NCBI GenBank assembly: GCA_015063225.1
Contig: SUSU01000001.1
Span: 58,446-90,445 of the forward strand
DNA from: Thermoplasmata archaeon
Lineage (GTDB): Archaea; Thermoplasmatota; Thermoplasmata; Methanomassiliicoccales; Methanomethylophilaceae
DNA: 32,000 nucleotides
Direction of reading: 5' to 3'
This document shows positions 14,810 through 23,700 of the stretch, piece by piece. Below the pieces are notes generated by a model. The model was not told where the DNA came from and did no database searches. It worked only from the letters and a program-made list of their open reading frames with translations. The first letter of the stretch is position 1; every line of letters starts with the position of its first letter. Position numbers and translations under genes: made by a program.

Positions 14810-15706
14810 ATGGCTGACGAAATACCGGCTAAGCAGAAGCAGAGGGAGCCCATCACGATGTTCTTCGGGATCGTCCTTCTCGCTGCTTGCCTCCTAGCAA
14901 TCGGCATCTTCATCTCCGACCACGTGCTCGGCGATGACGAAGACAAAGTTACCAACACATCCAAAGTCACCGTCGATTATACCGGTGCGATCTACGGATA
15001 CTACGACGAGGGCGGCGCCATCTTCCAGACCACCATCGACTCCATCGATGACAACGAGAAGTACCGCTACACCCCCACCTACACCTTCAACGACAGCACC
15101 TTAACGGTCGACATGGCCAACCCCACCGTCCTCTCGATGTTCGCTAGTGCTCTCGAGGGTCATTCCGTGGGCGATACCGTCCGTGTCGCGATTCCCGCTT
15201 CCGAGGCCTATGACAAGCCCGTGGTCTACGAGCCCATCGCCCTCAGCGGCATCCAGGCCCCTCACACCAACAATGTCCTCAAGTCCTCGCTCGACGGACT
15301 GGACAAGTACGGATGGACTTACAACTATGTCTTCGACGACAACACGGGTATGTACATCATCAACTACACCATGGGCAACGACATGGTCATCGAGAAGGAT
15401 GTCGACGGGGTCACCTACAGGACCTCCAATTTCGACATCGACAGCGATTCCGTCACCTACGACCTCGCCGTGAGCAACGTCGTCAAGGCAAAGGACGAGA
15501 ACGGCAACGAGTACACCATCGATTATGAGAGCAAGTCCTACACCGCCATCGAGTCCTTCTACCTTCCCGGTACCGATTTCATCGTGGTCGGTGCGGAGAA
15601 CATCGAGAACGGATCCATCAGCGGCGACATCCTCGTGAAGGCCGCCAGCGGGTTCATCGACAACATGCCCCTGTTCTTCGTCATCAAGATCGTCTCCATG
15701 GAGTGA
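14810..15706 (+). CDS. membrane-anchored protein with putative FKBP-type PPIase-like domain
   Basis: Track ORF starts at TTG 14795; I prefer ATG 14810. The N-terminal TM helix is ITMFFGIVLLAACLLAIGIFI. The following KVTVDYTGAIYGYYDEGGAIFQTT...LTVDMANPTVLSMFASALEGHSVGDTVRVAIPASEAYD loosely fits the FKBP pattern (V.V.Y.G....G..F.......G...V......L.GM.VG....V.IP...AYG). The functional call is weak. Confidence 0.7.
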   Translation: MADEIPAKQKQREPITMFFGIVLLAACLLAIGIFISDHVLGDDEDKVTNTSKVTVDYTGAIYGYYDEGGAIFQTTIDSIDDNEKYRYTPTYTFNDSTLTVDMANPTVLSMFASALEGHSVGDTVRVAIPASEAYDKPVVYEPIALSGIQAPHTNNVLKSSLDGLDKYGWTYNYVFDDNTGMYIINYTMGNDMVIEKDVDGVTYRTSNFDIDSDSVTYDLAVSNVVKAKDENGNEYTIDYESKSYTAIESFYLPGTDFIVVGAENIENGSISGDILVKAASGFIDNMPLFFVIKIVSME

Positions 15707-15720
15707 TCTCCAAATCATTT

Positions 15721-15748
15721 CCCGGGCCCCGTGCCCGGGCTCTTTTTT
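15721..15748 (+). terminator. hairpin plus oligo-T terminator
   Basis: CCCGGGC-CCCGU-GCCCGGG is a 7-bp stem at 15721-15739. It is followed by cTCTTTTTT at 15740-15748, 15 nt after the stop codon. Confidence 0.55.
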
Positions 15749-15761
15749 CAATCAGTGCCCA

Positions 15762-15987
15762 AGGTTACCATCGTGTTGGCGGCATTCCCGTCTGACGGCA
15801 CCTGTCCGCATTTGCCCCTGGAACGGCCCAGGAGCCGTTGGTTTGAACGAAGGGACTAACCTCCCTTCGGCATGCCGTCTTTGTCCCTGGGTCGCATTGG
15901 GGGCAATACCCGGCATTTCACCTCTGGAAAAACCCCGTACTGAGGCTCCGGAACGTATCCCGGGAGCCATCAACACGCTGGTAACCT
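15762..15987. other. 226-nt non-coding element closed by an 18-bp inverted repeat (structured RNA gene or MITE-like insertion)
   Basis: AGGTTACCATCGTGTTGG (15762-15779) pairs with CCATCAACACGCTGGTAACCT (15970-15987 is the paired part), with one mismatch and one G-U. Internal perfect or near-perfect hairpins are AACGGC/GCCGUU (15822-15839), CGAAGGGA-CUAACC-UCCCUUCG (15848-15869), AUGCCG/CGGCAU (15872-15916) enclosing AUUG-GGGG-CAAU, and GGCUCCGG/CCGGGAGCC (15944-15968). The only ORF here (15752..15976, minus) is R/G/P-rich nonsense. Confidence 0.4.
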
Positions 15988-16004
15988 AAAACGGGAAAAG
16001 GACG

Positions 16005-16030
16005 CGGATGCGCCCTTCGGGACGCATCCG
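16005..16030. terminator. bidirectional terminator hairpin
   Basis: CGGAUGCGCCC-UUCG-GGACGCAUCCG pairs at 10 of 11 positions around a UUCG loop. UUUUAGUGUUUU follows on the plus strand and CCUUUUCCCGUUUU follows on the minus strand. It begins 10 nt after the thiDN stop. Confidence 0.55.
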
Positions 16031-16040
16031 TTTTAGTGTT

Positions 16041-17336
16041 TTAGACGGACATCTCCATCTTGTTGACGACGTCGCGGGGACCCTTGCCGAAGAGGTACAC
16101 TGCATCGGACTTGCCCCTGAAGATGATGACGTCGGGGAAGTGCGGGAGGCCGTCGAGGACGGACCTCACGGTGGTCGCGACGGCGCCCTCGTTCATCTTG
16201 CCCTTGACGACGGCGACCCTCAGGCCTGCGGTCTTCATGTCCCTCTCGAGGGCGGAGTCGCCGTTGAAGAATGCGACGCAGCGCATGTCCGGGTTGGTCT
16301 TCATGACCTCGAGGAGGATGAACGAGAGGTGTTCCGCGGAACCGAACTTGGCACCTCTGCCCTTGGATATCGTCCCGTTGCGGACGAAGATGCGCTTGTC
16401 CACACCGGCGATGTCCTCGGGGCCCTTGGGGGCCTTCGAGGCGTAGGCGATGTTCATACCCTCCCTGGGGATGAGGTCGGTCGGCATGATGCGGGGGATC
16501 TTCCCCAAGGCGGCATCGAGGTCCCTGAGGACGTTGACCATGTCCCCGTCCTCCTTCTTGGTGAGGGCGATCTTGGTGTTGACCACGGGTATGCCCTTGC
16601 CGATGGAGTACTGTGTCTCGATGGACTTCTGGATCATCTTGCGGGCCTCGGTCACGCTGGTCACGAGGTCGAGCCCGTTCGCCATGTTGGCGGTGATGAA
16701 CGCGGAGAGCGCGCACCCCGAGCCGTGGCCGGAACGTCCCTTGAGGCGGGGGTTCTTGATCTTGGTGATCCCGGAGGAGAGGTACAGGTAGTCGGTGACG
16801 GTCTTGCCGTCGAAGTGCCCTCCCTTCAGGAGCACGCAGGTGCCGTCCTTCCCGATGAGCTCGCACGCCTCAATGGCGTCGTCCTCGGAACGGATGTCGA
16901 ATCCCACGAGCTCCTCCGCCTCGTCCCTGTTGGGGGTGATGAGGGCGCACATGGGGATGAGGTCGCGCTTCAGAGCGCGGACGTAGTCCCCCCTGTAGAG
17001 GTCGTCGCCCACCGATGCGACCATCACGGGGTCGACGATCAGCGGGAAGTCGTAGTCCTCGACGAAGTCCGCCACCAGGCGGACGGTGTCCGGTTCGTAG
17101 AGCATTCCTGTCTTGGCGGCCTTGATGTCCAGGTCGGACACCACGGCCTCCAGCTGCGCGGAGACGATCTCCGCGGGTATGGGGTGCACCGCTTTCACCT
17201 CCCGGGTGTTCTGTGCGGTGACTGCTGTGATGACGCTGGCGCAGTGGACTCCCAGGGCCGCCATGGCCTTTATGTCCGCCTGGGCTCCCGCCCCGGCCAC
17301 GGAATCCGAACCAGCGATCGTAAGTGCGGTTCTCAT
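16041..17336 (-). CDS. thiDN: bifunctional hydroxymethylpyrimidine/phosphomethylpyrimidine kinase fused to ThiN-type thiamine-phosphate synthase (ThiDN)
   Basis: The N-terminal half is ThiD: ALTIAGSDSVAGAGAQADIKAMAALGVH...VDPVMVA...LITPNRDEAE...LLKGGH...GSGCALSAFI. The roughly 170-aa C-terminal extension (MNIAYASKAPKGPEDIAGVD.RI...GRGAKFGSAEHLSFILLEVMKTNPDMRCVAFFNG) is typical of the archaeal ThiN domain. Confidence 0.9.
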   Translation of the reverse strand: MRTALTIAGSDSVAGAGAQADIKAMAALGVHCASVITAVTAQNTREVKAVHPIPAEIVSAQLEAVVSDLDIKAAKTGMLYEPDTVRLVADFVEDYDFPLIVDPVMVASVGDDLYRGDYVRALKRDLIPMCALITPNRDEAEELVGFDIRSEDDAIEACELIGKDGTCVLLKGGHFDGKTVTDYLYLSSGITKIKNPRLKGRSGHGSGCALSAFITANMANGLDLVTSVTEARKMIQKSIETQYSIGKGIPVVNTKIALTKKEDGDMVNVLRDLDAALGKIPRIMPTDLIPREGMNIAYASKAPKGPEDIAGVDKRIFVRNGTISKGRGAKFGSAEHLSFILLEVMKTNPDMRCVAFFNGDSALERDMKTAGLRVAVVKGKMNEGAVATTVRSVLDGLPHFPDVIIFRGKSDAVYLFGKGPRDVVNKMEMSV

Positions 17337-17419
17337 GTGTTTCCACCCATCTGCTGAAACTATAAATTAAGCACGCGGGCGCGCAGATTTAATAAGAGGG
17401 TTTTGCCGTAGGGGGACGC
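17337..17419. promoter_or_regulatory. divergent promoter spacer with two TATA boxes, both about 25 nt from the respective ATG
   Basis: ttaatttatag on the minus strand (rc of about 17358-17370) serves ATG 17336. tttaataa on the plus strand (about 17388-17395) serves ATG 17420. Confidence 0.5.
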
Positions 17420-17803
17420 ATGGCCAAGAGCAGCATCCATTTCATTCTCAAGGGGCGCAGCAGCTACAAGGACCTCGCCCCCGTGTTCGGGAACATCCTC
17501 GAATTCTGTCTGAAGACGGTCGACCAGATGCCCGAGGAGGAGGAGATGGAGATGATCCTCCGTATCAACCTCGACGATCTCGAGAGGGACCGCAAGCCCG
17601 AGGGATACCTCCGCAAGGCGAGGATCCGCATCGTCTTCCCCATGGACAGGAAGGAGTTCTACGTCCAGAGCTACAACTCCAAGCTCGTGGACCTCGGCCT
17701 CCTCGCCAACCACATCAAGTCCGTCCTCACCGAGGCCGGCATCGAGTTCGATTTCACCGAGGATGACGCGATCACCTTCGACCTCCACCCCAAGAAGAGA
17801 TGA
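17420..17803 (+). CDS. hypothetical protein (127 aa, acidic)
   Basis: ATG start, GC3-rich codons, and non-repetitive composition (MAKSSIHFILKGRSSYKDLAPVFGNILEFCLKTVDQMPEEEEMEMILRINLDD...). A promoter and a terminator flank it. No family recognised. Confidence 0.65.
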   Translation: MAKSSIHFILKGRSSYKDLAPVFGNILEFCLKTVDQMPEEEEMEMILRINLDDLERDRKPEGYLRKARIRIVFPMDRKEFYVQSYNSKLVDLGLLANHIKSVLTEAGIEFDFTEDDAITFDLHPKKR

Positions 17804-17811
17804 GGGGTTGA

Positions 17812-17833
17812 CCCCGGCGGTATCCCGCCGGGG
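17812..17833. terminator. hairpin between convergent genes (hypothetical and argH)
   Basis: CCCCGGCGG-UAUC-CCGCCGGGG is a perfect 9-bp stem. UGUUUUGUUGUUU follows on the plus strand at 17843-17855. Confidence 0.55.
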
Positions 17834-17853
17834 GAAAACTACTGTTTTGTTGT

Positions 17854-19323
17854 TTACAATCGGACCGTCGGCAATCGCTCGCCGAGGAGTTCCTTCCAGC
17901 AGTTCGCGATGAGCTGCTTCTTGGTGCGGACCGCGTCCTCGCGGGCCATGAGGGCCGACTCGGAGAGCACGGCCTCCACATCGCCGGAGGCGACGGAGGT
18001 GCCGCCGTAGGAGTCCCTGCGGTCGACGCAGGACCTGACGGCGATGGCCTGGAAGACGTCCTCGTCGATGAGGTCGGAGAACCTGTGGAACTCCTCCAGG
18101 GTGAGGCTGTCGAGGGTCTTCCTGTTCTCGATGCAGTACCTCACGGTCTCGCCCACGACGGCGTGTGCGTCGCGGAAGGGGAGGCCCTTGGTTACCAGAT
18201 AATCGGCCAGGTCGGTGGCGTTGATGAAGCCGTCGTTGGTGGACTTCAGCATGCGGTTCTCGTCGACCTTCATGGTGGACACGACCTTGGAGAGCATGTC
18301 CGCGCACTCGGTGACGCTCACGATGGAGGTCATGAGGGCGTGCTTGTCTTCCTGGAGGTCGCGGTTGTAGGAGAGGGGGAGTCCCTTCATGGTGACCATG
18401 ATGTTCACCAGGGAACCGACGGCGGCGCCGGTCTTCCCGCGGACGAGTTCGGCGATGTCGGGGTTCTTCTTCTGGGGCATGATGGAGGAACCGGTGCTGT
18501 AGCGGTCGTCCATCTCCACGAACCCGAAGGGCTGGGAGTTCCAGTAGATGAGCTCTTCGCAGATTGAGGAAAGGTCCACGGCGGTCATGGCGGCGTCGAA
18601 GGAGAGCTCGCAGACGAAGTCGCGGCTGCCGACGGAATCCATTGAGTTCTCGGTGGGTTCCTTGAATCCCAGTAGGGAGGCGGTCACCTTGCGGTCGATC
18701 GGATAGGTGGTGCCGGCGAGGGCGGCGGAGCCCAGGGGGCAGCGGTCCATGCGGTTCAGCGCGTCGAGGAAACGGTCCCCGTCGCGGCCGAAGCGGAAGG
18801 CATGTGCTAGGAGGTGGTGGGACAGGGTCACGGGCTGTGCGTGCTGCATGTGGGTGAAGCCGGGCATTATGGTGTCGCGGTGCTTGGCGGCCACGGTCTG
18901 GAGCGCCTTGATGAGGCGGTCCACGGCCTCCACGGCCTCGAGTGCGGCGTCGCGGAGCCACATGCGGTAGTCGGTGGCCACCTGGTCGTTCCTGCTCCTG
19001 GCGGTGTGCAGGCGTCCTCCGGCCTTACCGATCATGTTGGTGAGGGTGTTCTCCACGTTGGTGTGCACGTCCTCCAGGTTCTCGTCCCACTCGAAGGAGC
19101 CGTCCCGGAGCTGTCCGGCGATGGTGATGAGGCCCCTGGTGATGGAGTCGGCGTCGTCCGCATCGATGATGCGGCACTGCTTCAGCATGCGCACGTGGGC
19201 GAGGGAACCCATGACGTCGTAGAACGCCATCACGGAATCCACGTCGAGCGACGATGTGAACGCGAGGGTGGAGTCGTCCATGCCCTCGGCGAAACGTCCG
19301 GACCAGAGAGCCTTGCCTGCCAT
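17854..19323 (-). CDS. argH: argininosuccinate lyase
   Basis: Track ORF 17854..19977 trimmed to ATG 19323. MAGKALWSGRF...GRLHTARSRNDQVATD...MPGFTHMQHAQPVTLSHHLLAH...GSSIMPQKKNPDIAELVRGK is the fumarate-lyase signature. It starts 5 nt after the argG stop. Confidence 0.92.
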   Translation of the reverse strand: MAGKALWSGRFAEGMDDSTLAFTSSLDVDSVMAFYDVMGSLAHVRMLKQCRIIDADDADSITRGLITIAGQLRDGSFEWDENLEDVHTNVENTLTNMIGKAGGRLHTARSRNDQVATDYRMWLRDAALEAVEAVDRLIKALQTVAAKHRDTIMPGFTHMQHAQPVTLSHHLLAHAFRFGRDGDRFLDALNRMDRCPLGSAALAGTTYPIDRKVTASLLGFKEPTENSMDSVGSRDFVCELSFDAAMTAVDLSSICEELIYWNSQPFGFVEMDDRYSTGSSIMPQKKNPDIAELVRGKTGAAVGSLVNIMVTMKGLPLSYNRDLQEDKHALMTSIVSVTECADMLSKVVSTMKVDENRMLKSTNDGFINATDLADYLVTKGLPFRDAHAVVGETVRYCIENRKTLDSLTLEEFHRFSDLIDEDVFQAIAVRSCVDRRDSYGGTSVASGDVEAVLSESALMAREDAVRTKKQLIANCWKELLGERLPTVRL

Positions 19324-19328
19324 CGGGA

Positions 19329-20564
19329 TCACTTCTTCCCATGGGCCTTGGCGGCGGTGGAGTCGGGGAGTCCCCAGACGTAGATGAATCCCATCGCGGC
19401 CTTGTGGTCGAAGGTGTCCTCGGTGTCTTTGGAGTAGGTGGCGAGGCCGGTGTCGTACAGGGAGTAGGGGGACTTGCGGCCGATGACGGTGCAGGAACCC
19501 TTGTAGAGCTTCATGCGGACGGTGCCGGCGACGAACTCCTGAGTCTTGTCGATGAAGGCGTTGATGGGCTCGCGGAGTCCGCCGAACCATTGTCCGTCGT
19601 ACACCATGCGGCAGAACTTCTTCTCGATGTCCTTCTTGAAGTCGAGGACCTCGCGCTGGAGGGTCATGGCCTCGATAGCCTTGTGGGCCGCTATTATGAC
19701 GACGGCGGCGGGGCACTCGTAGGTCTCGCGGCTCTTGATGCCGACCAGGCGGTCCTCCACGTGGTCGATGCGACCGACGCCGTTGGCGCCGGCGATCTCG
19801 TTGAGCTTGTTGATGAGGGACACGCCGTCCATCTTCTCGCCGTTGAGGGCCACGGGGACGCCCTTCTCGAACTCGAGCTCGATGACGGTGGGGGTGTCGG
19901 GGGCCTCCTCGGGGGCGACGGTGTGGATCCACGCGCCTGCGGGGGGCTCGGCCCAGGCGTTCTCGATGGCGCCGCACTCGCAGCTAGCTCCCCAGAGGTT
20001 CTCGTCGCGGGAGTAGGGGGAGTCCTTCTTCGCTTTGATCTCGACGCCGTTCTCGGCGGCGTAGTCGATCTCCTCGTCGCGGGAGCAGACCCACTCGCGC
20101 TGGGGGGCGATGATCTTGATGGAGGGGTCCTGGGCGGCGATGCCGGCGTCGAAGCGGACCTGGTCGTTGCCCTTGCCGGTGCAGCCGTGGGCGATATACT
20201 TGGCGCCCTCCTCGTGGGCGATCTTGACGAGGGTCTTGGCCATCAGCGGGCGGGCGATGGCGGTGGAGAGGGGGTAGACGTCCTGGTAGAGGCCGTTGGC
20301 CTTCACGAGGGGCCATACGTATTCCTCGACGAACTCCTTGCGGACGTCGAAGAAGTCGGCGCGGATGGCGCCGTTGCGGAGGGCGCGGGCGACGATCTCC
20401 TCGCCGTCGGTCTCGGGCTGTCCGACATCGACGGAGATGGCGACGACGTCGACGTTGTAGTTGTCCTGCAGCCAGCGGATATCGACGGAGGTGTCCAGTC
20501 CGCCGGAGTAGGCGAGGACGACCTTGTCGCGTCCGGGTTTGGAATTGGAAGATGATGTAGCCAT
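19329..20564 (-). CDS. argG: argininosuccinate synthase
   Basis: Track ORF 19329..20693 trimmed to ATG 20564. KVVLAYSGGLDTSV...AHGCTGKGNDQVRFD...SRDENLWG...YKG. Confidence 0.92.
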   Translation of the reverse strand: MATSSSNSKPGRDKVVLAYSGGLDTSVDIRWLQDNYNVDVVAISVDVGQPETDGEEIVARALRNGAIRADFFDVRKEFVEEYVWPLVKANGLYQDVYPLSTAIARPLMAKTLVKIAHEEGAKYIAHGCTGKGNDQVRFDAGIAAQDPSIKIIAPQREWVCSRDEEIDYAAENGVEIKAKKDSPYSRDENLWGASCECGAIENAWAEPPAGAWIHTVAPEEAPDTPTVIELEFEKGVPVALNGEKMDGVSLINKLNEIAGANGVGRIDHVEDRLVGIKSRETYECPAAVVIIAAHKAIEAMTLQREVLDFKKDIEKKFCRMVYDGQWFGGLREPINAFIDKTQEFVAGTVRMKLYKGSCTVIGRKSPYSLYDTGLATYSKDTEDTFDHKAAMGFIYVWGLPDSTAAKAHGKK

Positions 20565-20600
20565 GAGTGGCCGTACATTATTCTTTATTAAAAAGACAGC
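20565..20600 (-). promoter_or_regulatory. argG promoter (TATA-like tttttaataaag on minus strand)
   Basis: The rc of about 20582-20595 reads ctttttaataaaga, centred about 25 nt upstream of ATG 20564. This implies a leaderless or very short-leader mRNA. Confidence 0.45.
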
Positions 20601-20734
20601 GCGGGTTTGTACTGTGTTCGGCAATTCGTCCGAACGAGGGGCATTGATAGCCGGCGGCGGTTTTCCGACTTTCGGATGAATTACCGAACACAACAGCGAA
20701 GCGTTCCAACAATCTTTGAAGTTGTAGAGAAGGG

Positions 20735-20753
20735 CCTCCCCGGTGAGGGGAGG
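20735..20753 (-). terminator. weak terminator-like hairpin after the giant gene
   Basis: CCUCCCC-loop5-GGGGAGG is a 7-bp stem 33 nt downstream of the TGA at 20787-20789. Only a pyrimidine-rich tract (CCCUUCUCU) follows, not a clean oligo-T. Confidence 0.3.
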
Positions 20754-20786
20754 TAAAAGGTTTCAAACGACCCGTTCACTCAATTC

Positions 20787-23700
20787 TCAGGTCCACGGGT
20801 AATCCATGTACACGGTGACGATGTTACCCACAGGAATGACGATGCGTAAATATTCGCCTTCGTCGTACATGTTCTTGTAGTAACATACGGAATCTCCGTT
20901 GCCGTATATCTCGTACCCGTCCAGCAGGAGAGCCCAGATATCGATGTCGCTGTCTGCCTCGAATGTCACTCTATCGCAATGGTAGTGTTCGAGTTGATAG
21001 GAGACGGCTTCCTGTTCATTTCTGACGAATGCGTAGTCATTCATATCGATGGACAGTTCGGAACCATCTTCTATTATGGATACTGCGGTCGTCGAACCTG
21101 CACTGCTACCGCCGTTTCCGTCGATAATGACCATTGCGTTATCGGGATCGGATTCCAGTACCTTTGCCCATACGGCGTGCACCTCGTGATCCATCCTTAC
21201 GACGATGGATCCTGCGGGAACGGTGACATTGGAATCCGAATCGGACCAACCTGCGAACACCAACCCTTCCGGAGCCTCGAAATCGAATTCGTCGATTCCG
21301 GCAAGGACCGACTGATGTTCTCTGACCACGGTGGTTTCGCTTCCGGGACCGGCACGGTATGTTACGGTGTAGTCTCCCGGTGTGTAGCCGTTTCCTTCAC
21401 CGATGTGCATCTCCGTCATCGAATCCTTTTCGATGACCTCGACCCCGTCTTCCATTCCTGTGACAAGCACGATATAACCGCACTGATCCTCGGTATCGAC
21501 ATACACCGTTAGGGTCGCGGTGTATCCCGGGAAAGACTGGCTCCAAACATAGGGGATCATGGCGGTCTCGCGGGGCTCATCATTGATAAGGAGCTCGACA
21601 CCGAGTTCGTTACCCTCGATTCCGAATATGCCTTCGGCATATAAGCTGGCACCCTGGATCTCCAGTTCCGAATTGGGTAGGGATCCCTGCAGATAGATCT
21701 TGGAATCGAACTCATGAGTCCACCTCTCCTTTTCCTCGTCCCAAGTAAAGCGTTCGAGTCTATAGATCTCCTGATCGGCATAAACGACTACTGATATTGT
21801 CTGTGACTGCGATACAAGGTTTTCGCCCTCGTACTGCTCTTCTTCTGCGATGAACCTGTCACCAACCGTTGCGGTGTAAGCGGTTGGAGTGATCCATTCG
21901 GCGTAGAGAGTCACAACCCCCTCGGAGGCAAGTGCCACGAGGTCGTCATCAAGGACGGTGGACAGCCTGCAATGGGTACCTTCCCCGTCTGCCTGGGTGT
22001 TCCATCCGGCAAATGCACTCCCGGCTGGAACGGAGGTTGGGGCGGGGAGGAAGAACCTGCGCCCTTCCATAACCTCCACATCTCTGGGGGTGACACCAAC
22101 ACCGTTGTTGATGTTGAATCTCACGGTGTAGATGTCGCCAATCTCTTCCCATACAAGGTAAACTGTGACCTCGTCTCCATCGAAGGAGTCGTAAACGAGG
22201 AGATATGTCGTGTCTCCCATGGAGTAGACCATGAGGTCCTCGGGGCCCGCAGAACCGTCTGCGGTGGTGGCCCACCCGGACATCATGTATCCGTCATTTT
22301 CGATCCCTGCGGAATCGATCTCCTCAGCTGAAGGAAGCACATACATTGCATAGCCATCTTCGTCATCGTAGTATTCCACTTCGTAGACATCGTCTAATTC
22401 TCCGATGGCCCCGTTGACATCCAGATGGATGATGGGGGTCTGCTGGTTCCCCTCGATAAGATACAGGTATATGACGCGCTCGTCATCGGCAAGTTCGATA
22501 AGATCCGCGGTTTCATAAGCCTGACCTAGCCCGTATTCGTTATCCCAATCGTCGTACACGCAATCGGCGGCGAGGCCCATCCCTTCCAGCTCTTCGGCGG
22601 AAAGGATGGTGTATGTCCTGTCGGTGGAGAAGAAGTTCCTGCTGCAGGCCTCGTTTCCGTTCTCCATGAGATAGATCACGGTATAATTCACCACTTCTGG
22701 TGCCTCCCCCTCCTCCCACTGTACGTAGAGGTGGATCTCCCTGTCCTCGTTGGCATATGCGATTATGTCTGCCACGGAGACCGACTGTCCGAATTCGATG
22801 CCATCGCCGTTCCCGTTATCCTCGGTGTTGAATCCGGTTGCGACGTGTCCGTCATATTCCCATTCGACATCGTTGGGCATTCTGATACTGCCCATGTGTG
22901 AGCTGATGACGGTCTCTATGGTATCCTGTGAACCGTTGTTGGCATGGATGATGCCAGTGTACAGATCCTGCAGGTTAGCCCAGTCCACGAAGAGCGTGAC
23001 GGTGTTGTTGCTGGCCAGCGCCACCAAATTCTCTACGGGGACCTCCTCTCCGGCGAAGAAGAAGGTTCCCGCATAGTCCGCGGTCGAGTTGAAACCGATG
23101 AATATGTGGTTGGGGTTGGAACTGGTCCATTGTATGTTCTCGGGTAGCCGGTAATGCTCATCATCGGCATTGAATGATGTCTCCAGCGGTTCGTCTGCTT
23201 GATTTCCTGTGCAGGGGTAGATGATCAGGTCATACGTATTGCCGTCGTCTTCCTCTCCCCATTCCACGTACAGGGTGGCAACACGGTCGACGGCCATGTC
23301 GATGAGGTCATCGATATAGATCGTATCGCCGAAGAAGTAATCGGTTCCTGCACCATCGGCCTGGGTGTTGAAACAGATGGCGTAATGCCCGGCATAGGTC
23401 CAACCGATTTCCTCAGGAAGGGTGATCGCTTCCATGCGCTCTACGAGGTACATGGAAACGTTCTGATCGGTATTGTTGTTGGCCCTGATGATGCCGGTGT
23501 ACACGGTCTGGGTGTTCTCCCAGTCGACGTACAGGCTCACGGTGTTGTTACCGTCAGCCAATGCAATGAGATCCGACACGGATACGTTCTGTCCGAAATG
23601 GAAGAATGTTCCGGTGCTGTCGCTCCTGCTGTTGAATCCGACGGCGACGAAGCCGCTGCGGGTCCATTCGCTGATGTCCTCACGATCAGGGAGTTCAACG

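Noticed and set aside
15835-15855. tRNA-like T-arm (CGUUGGUUUGAACG) and tRNA genes generally
   Set aside because: There is no GGTTCGAATCC/GTTCAAATC-type T-loop with matching acceptor, D and anticodon arms here or anywhere else in the intergenic regions.
15752-15976. 74-aa minus-strand ORF inside the inverted-repeat element
   Set aside because: The sequence is highly basic and R/G/P-rich without codon bias, and it coincides with extensive RNA-like secondary structure.
17360-18961. 533-aa minus-strand ORF in an alternative frame of argH (likewise 3021..4121, 13939..14970, 16033..16866 and 28396..29583)
   Set aside because: They are R/P/G/H-rich out-of-frame products of real genes. No start context or motifs are present.
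20578-20766. 62-aa minus-strand ORF between the giant gene and argG
   Set aside because: It has no codon bias and overlaps the terminator-like hairpin, the inverted repeats and the argG promoter.
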